Shown here one piece after another: positions 58,830 to 64,000 of a DNA stretch of 64,000 nucleotides. The number at the start of each line of letters is the position of its first letter. Position 1 is the first letter of the stretch. The notes under the pieces are model-generated. The model worked only from the letters and a program-made list of their open reading frames with translations, was not told where the DNA came from and ran no database searches. The stretch is from Takakia lepidozioides (taxonomy: Eukaryota > Plantae > Bryophyta): positions 61,876,001-61,940,000 of the forward strand of contig CM060731.1 of the NCBI GenBank assembly GCA_030704615.1, given 5' to 3'. Both the position numbers and the translations under genes were made by a program.

Positions 58830-61800
58830 ATGAAGAACGGGGTGGTGGAATGTAAGGTGTGTGGAAGTAAGGCGGTGAGCTCGGGCGCGCGTCAGGTGTC
58901 GCGGGCGTATGATCGCCAACATACAAACCCTGCATTGCGGTTCCGAGCTCTCAATGTCTGTCTTGTTCTTGGCGACTGCACGCTTATTGGTCTACAGGTA
59001 CGTGTTCTTTCAACAGGAGGGAGGTTCTGGGGTGGGAAAGGGAGAGGGAGGGAGATGGAGATCCAAAAGAGGCTCTTGTGTGAGACTACTGCATTAATCA
59101 TGTGTTGGATGCTGTTTCTTTGTCATTTCACATTGTGATAACTTTCTGAACAGGTGGTAATTGGTAGATCGACGCCTTTAATAATTCGAGATGATTCTCC
59201 TAACTTAGGGTAGGAAGAGCGGGGAGTATGAAGTACTTCTTGGGTGAATGATCGCCTACTATTATTGTATGGCATCTTTTGGAGCACGTTAGGCGCGGGA
59301 TTGGATGACATAACACATGTAAAGCACTTTCGCCCGGTCAGGGGCTCGGCACAGATCTGGTGAGATCTGCAATCTTATCTGCATGTCTAATAGATTGTGA
59401 CCTCGAATATCGCCAGGTTCACTTCCCTGTTGCAAACATGCGATCGGAATCTAGTGTACAGGGAGGAGCAGACATATATCATGCTGGAAAATTGGTTGAG
59501 TGAATGAGATCACAATTTGAGTGTTTAGCTGCCTGTCATCCTCTACAAAGTAGACCAAAGGCGTTCTAAGGTGCAAATGATTTGTTGGAGATGACAGCGA
59601 TTTGTTGGCATTCCAGGTTCAGGATTCAGCCTGAGTATCTTCCTTGTATTTCGACATTTAGGCTTATGCATCTGGTGACCAACGCCAGATTCACCTATTT
59701 TTCGGTTTCAATCCCTCTGTTTTAGTTGTTATGAAGTACAACATTCAGCATAGGGTGAGTTGCAGGTTGCACCTGCAAGGTGTGCATCTGGGAAGCTGTA
59801 GGCCACACAATGGAGGGTAGCAGGGAATTGGCTTGCCTAGCACCAGATTATGTACGACACACCATCCTGGCCCGGTTGGAAATCTGATGAGTTATGTCAC
59901 TAAATTTTATGAATCAGTGTTGTATTTGTTGGAAAATCTTTCGTCTGCTATATTACAGTGAAGGGGACTAGGATGAACTGCCCAGGCACACTGGGATCTC
60001 TATCAGTTCGGTTCTTTAGACTTTTCATGCTGCACATTCTCCCCTTTTGTAAGCTATGAATTGGGGAAGGAAGCAATAGGGTTCTGAAGATGTAAGGAAC
60101 GGAGGTTTTGAAGGGACCTCTGAAATTATTGCCAATTTTAGGTCAAGTCAATACACTATTCGAGCAAATTGCGCTATGGATACATTCATCATCTTTCAGT
60201 GTTTGTGGGGTTGTGGTCTACTTCTAAGAGGCATCTGCATGAAACCAACTTGTGCATGTTACCTAGCATCCTTAATCCAGAATTTACTATTCTGCCAGTA
60301 CTGAGCCTTTGGAGATATGCTTTGCTGGCAGCCATGCTATGACAGTTTGGTTACGAGATGAGTACAACGAATGCATGTCACAGACAGAGTCAAGTTGGGG
60401 TCTAGGCTTTTATGTTCTAGGTAGTATGTTTCCCGGTGAGGCCAAAATGGATGGGTGCCTTGAGGAGATAAGAGTCAGTATATTGAACAACATGGGGCAC
60501 TTTTGGCTGTCACCATGTTTGGGCACTTAGACAATTGAAAGGACTGAAGGTAGGATACCGTCCAGGAAAAGGAGACAAAGGTAGAGCAGGGCTCTAAATT
60601 GTTTTCAATCTCTGCTTTTCTCTCTTGTCAAGGCCATTGAAGAAACAACAGTTGGAGACACAGTATGGCACAGAGGAAAAACAAATAAATAGACAACTAA
60701 CACCCATTGTTTTTGTTGATTTGATTAGCTGAGATGAAACATGGAGTCCACCTGGCTCAACATGGAATAACCCTTGAAAACTCTAGCACTAGCACTTGTG
60801 AAAGGAGATTCATGGTGTTGGTTGGGGCCCAAGTTAAGGGCTAAGAGAGACCAACAGTGTTTGTAAGTGTTGAAGATATTTATAGCTGTGACGGAAATGA
60901 CGACCTGTTGAAGAGACGGAAGTGCTCTGACATATATTGCATTGCCAACTGCACAGAATTTGGATGGTTTTGACCATAGCCTGTCGGATGTGAACGTCAA
61001 GGTTGGATGAGTCTCTCCACATAGGACTGCCAAGGCTTTCTGATCAATGATGTCCCTTCTTGGAGCAGCACATAAAGAAGAGTCAAAACAGGAGGATACA
61101 CACCTGGACTAACATTATCGACTATTCTGGTGTCTTGCAGCCAATACTCGTGTTTATTTCCAAAGTGGATGGAAAATTCCTTTTTAGTCCTGTGAGTGTC
61201 AACTTTCTGACAGAAATTACAAAGGTCGCCTTCGCAATTTGCATGCTCCTATGGCAGGTGTGTACACAAGCATGTGTTTGAGAACAACCTGAGATGACAC
61301 ACTAGTTCCCATCTTCATTGGAGGGTAGCGTATTATCAATGGTGCTGGATGTGTAGGTTAGCATAGCATGTCAGACAGTTGGTGTGCTGGGTCCTGTTGC
61401 ACATGTGATTTACTCTTGTTGTCTGGTTTTTGTCAGTTTGTTGGTTCAATGCAATGTGCTATTCCATGGCACACTACTGGTTCTACCCTTCACTTCTTGA
61501 CTTCAAGTTGAGAATTGAATTTTTCTGGAAGGAAAATTTTAAGAGGGAAACCATAGAACAGAATTCACATAAATGCTCATAATATCTGAATATAGTTACC
61601 TTTGTTTCAAACACAGTGGCATGTAGCATTGGGGGTGCTACGTGGCCTTTCTCAGGCAAATAAAGCAGGACCTGAATTGGCCTAACCCATTGCAGGGACC
61701 TATGCCTAGATTTCTGTGTATGGTGCCAACTGGAAAATTCAAAATTGCGCTGGCCCCAACTCAATCACAAAGGTCATGACACTTATTCTTGTAGTTTATA

Positions 61801-63955
61801 TTGGATGAGTTAAACACCCCTACAACTTCAAAATTAAAAGGTGGAGTATCACACCTTTCAGCAGAATATACTTTTACAAAATAACCTAGTTAGGGTGCAC
61901 AAGTAACACAAAGGCCATATGACATGATATGTTTTAACAAAAACTTTGCTGCCAAGGTAAGCCAGAGGTGGTGAGTGGGTGGCAGGTACAAAGGCAACGC
62001 CCAGGAGAGAAATCGTTGATCTCTCCAGTTGTCATTTTGCAGGTCTCCCCCCTCCACTTTTCCTTTTTCTCACTTTCTCTCTGTTTGTGGCCTCTCTTAT
62101 TTACAGTGTGACCGTCAGTGCAACCACGCCCACACATGTCACTCTTATGTTTTGGTGGAGATATATGCTAGGAGTGCTGGAATCCACATCGTGCTTTCTA
62201 CATGAGTCAATGGCATCCCTTTGACCAGTTTGTTGTTGGATAGGTGGGAACTCCGTGGCATGTTGGGTAGAGTCTCTTGAATCGCTAGTATCCTGGAAGA
62301 TGGGGGATATGCCTCAAGGGTATGTGATAGACAATGGTCAGATAGAATGTCTGTGTGTGTGTGTGTGGATGTCCACAAACTTCAATGAATACATTCTCTT
62401 TGGATGTCCATTCTCTCTGCTGTGGTTCCATGCCCTCATTCATGTTCTAATGATTCATTCTTTCATCATTCGTTATTTCCCTCCCTAGGGTCTAGGTTGT
62501 TACCATGTCCATCCTCCTACCAGATCCATGAGGATTTTCAATTCATTTTGTTTCAGAATTTTCATTCTAGACTACAATTTTGCTTTTATTTGTCTGGTGT
62601 CTTACTCATTCGACTATCATGTTGGGTCAATGCTTGGCTTCATCTGATTGCACACATCTGAAGGTTGGTTGTACTCATGGCTGCACTTCCTTCCTCTCAT
62701 GATAAAAACAGTGGATGGTTTGTGTGAATCCAGGCAGCACGTGCAAATTATCTGCTTGCGGTACCTGCCTTTTTATATGCCATCAACAATTACCTCAAGT
62801 TTATTATGCAGGTACTATTTTCCTCATCCAGTAGTAGGTCATGATGCCTGGTATTTAATGAGGGCTTCTTTCTTCATGACTCTTAACAATCAATCCTAGA
62901 TTTAAGTGAAGTACACTTTTCCACTGACCTTGACAGATTTGGTGTGTGGTTGCAGTTATATTTCAATCCTGCGACTGTGAAGATGCTTAGTAATTTGAAG
63001 GTAGGGCCCTCTGCCTGCAAATTCTGCTCCAACTCTACCATTAATGAATGTATTACCACGGTTATCTTATGGACAAACTCATAGCCATTGGATGATGTCT
63101 GTCCATCAGTAGGACTTTCGGCAAACCTGGCTAGACATGGTATTTAAGAAATGGTGACCTGATGAGCATTGCGTGCGGTGAGGATCTAATGTGTAGGAAG
63201 CTGTCACTGCTGGTTGATCCTTCCAGTTTGGTCATGAGCTACCCATTGGCTAGCTAAAAGAGGTTGACAGGGAGGCCAGGGGAGAAGGAATGGGGCTTGT
63301 GCTGATGATTTTGTCTGATTGCTGTTGCAGGTGTTGACAATAGCACTACTGTTGAAGGCAGTTATGAAGCGACGATTTTCTGTAATGCAGGTCTGTTTTT
63401 CATACTTGTGTTCCTTCCTTCTGCTTACGTCTTTCAATTTGGATTTTAATATGTACTGATCTTTTCATGATGCCTGTGCGATCGCAGTGGGAAGCACTGG
63501 TGCTATTGCTCATAGGCATAAGTGTGAACCAGCTGCACACAACTGCAGCTGGAACGACAATGCTTGGTGGTACTATTGCGACGGCAGCATATGTGTACAC
63601 CCTCATCTTTGTGAGTGTTATTCTACTTCCTGCAAGAGATGCCTAGTGTTAGACACATTCTTTGGGTCTATAAGGGGACCTCTTTGGGTCAGATGTCCAC
63701 AATAGCCCTACGTTCACCTGCTTACTGGCTGCGGCCAACAATTGAACCATTATCCCATTGCCGTTTTCCTGGCATATGACTTCTATTGAATTTCGAATAG
63801 CTTAACAGTGTGGGTGGGACATGCAAAGCTCACTCTAGATGTTTCAACTTCGAGTTGTGTTGGGTATCACATGGCAGGTGACAGTTCCTTCATTGGCTTC
63901 TGTTTACAATGAGTATGCACTCAAGAGCCAGTTTGAGACTAGCGTCCACCTTCAG
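58830..63955 (+). CDS. CMP-sialic acid transporter-like nucleotide-sugar transporter (SLC35A type); 3'-partial
   Basis: [11 protein letters not shown]...RAYDR...[12 protein letters not shown]|[25 protein letters not shown]|...[18 protein letters not shown]|[15 protein letters not shown]|...|[16 protein letters not shown]|[19 protein letters not shown]. Exons 58830-58997, 61141-61257, 61986-62042, 62734-62811, 62956-63000, 63331-63390, 63488-63610, 63878-63955. Confidence 0.93.
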
Positions 63956-64000
63956 GTCTCTCTCTCTCTTGCATTCTCATGGGCCCTTGGGCCCTCCCTG

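Overview
Eukaryotic land-plant DNA, most likely a bryophyte (inferred from GT-AG introns, the gene set and the chromovirus). The window has two halves. (1) About 1-41.4 kb is a block of nested, mostly decayed transposons. Element A runs off the left edge. It has a minus-strand gene with a ParB/Srx-like domain, a 2.4-kb array of 20 near-perfect hairpins in a 3-unit higher-order repeat, and a divergent GCM-like/MULE-DDE/SWIM transposase. Next comes a 5'-truncated Ty3/Gypsy chromovirus. Element B has a Ulp1/C48 protease gene converging on a MULE-SWIM transposase. Element C is a 19.2-kb TIR element (18862-38056, about 30-bp TIRs, AGATT duplication) that splits element B's transposase exactly in frame. 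It carries a DUF7869/Sola-like transposase, a second ParB-like gene fused to a degenerate DNA-methyltransferase-like domain, a short ORF with Pol II CTD-like heptads and three FCP1/NIF phosphatase-like domains. Each of the three DNA elements has its own repeated palindrome, mostly in introns. This suggests a ParB/parS-like self-recognition (possibly anti-silencing) system in giant plant transposons, which is inference. (2) About 43.3-64 kb holds ordinary intact host genes: a SPATA20/YyaL-like protein, a CASP-like protein and a CMP-sialic-acid-transporter-like nucleotide-sugar transporter that runs off the right edge. All domain calls come from motif recognition by eye, not from database searches.
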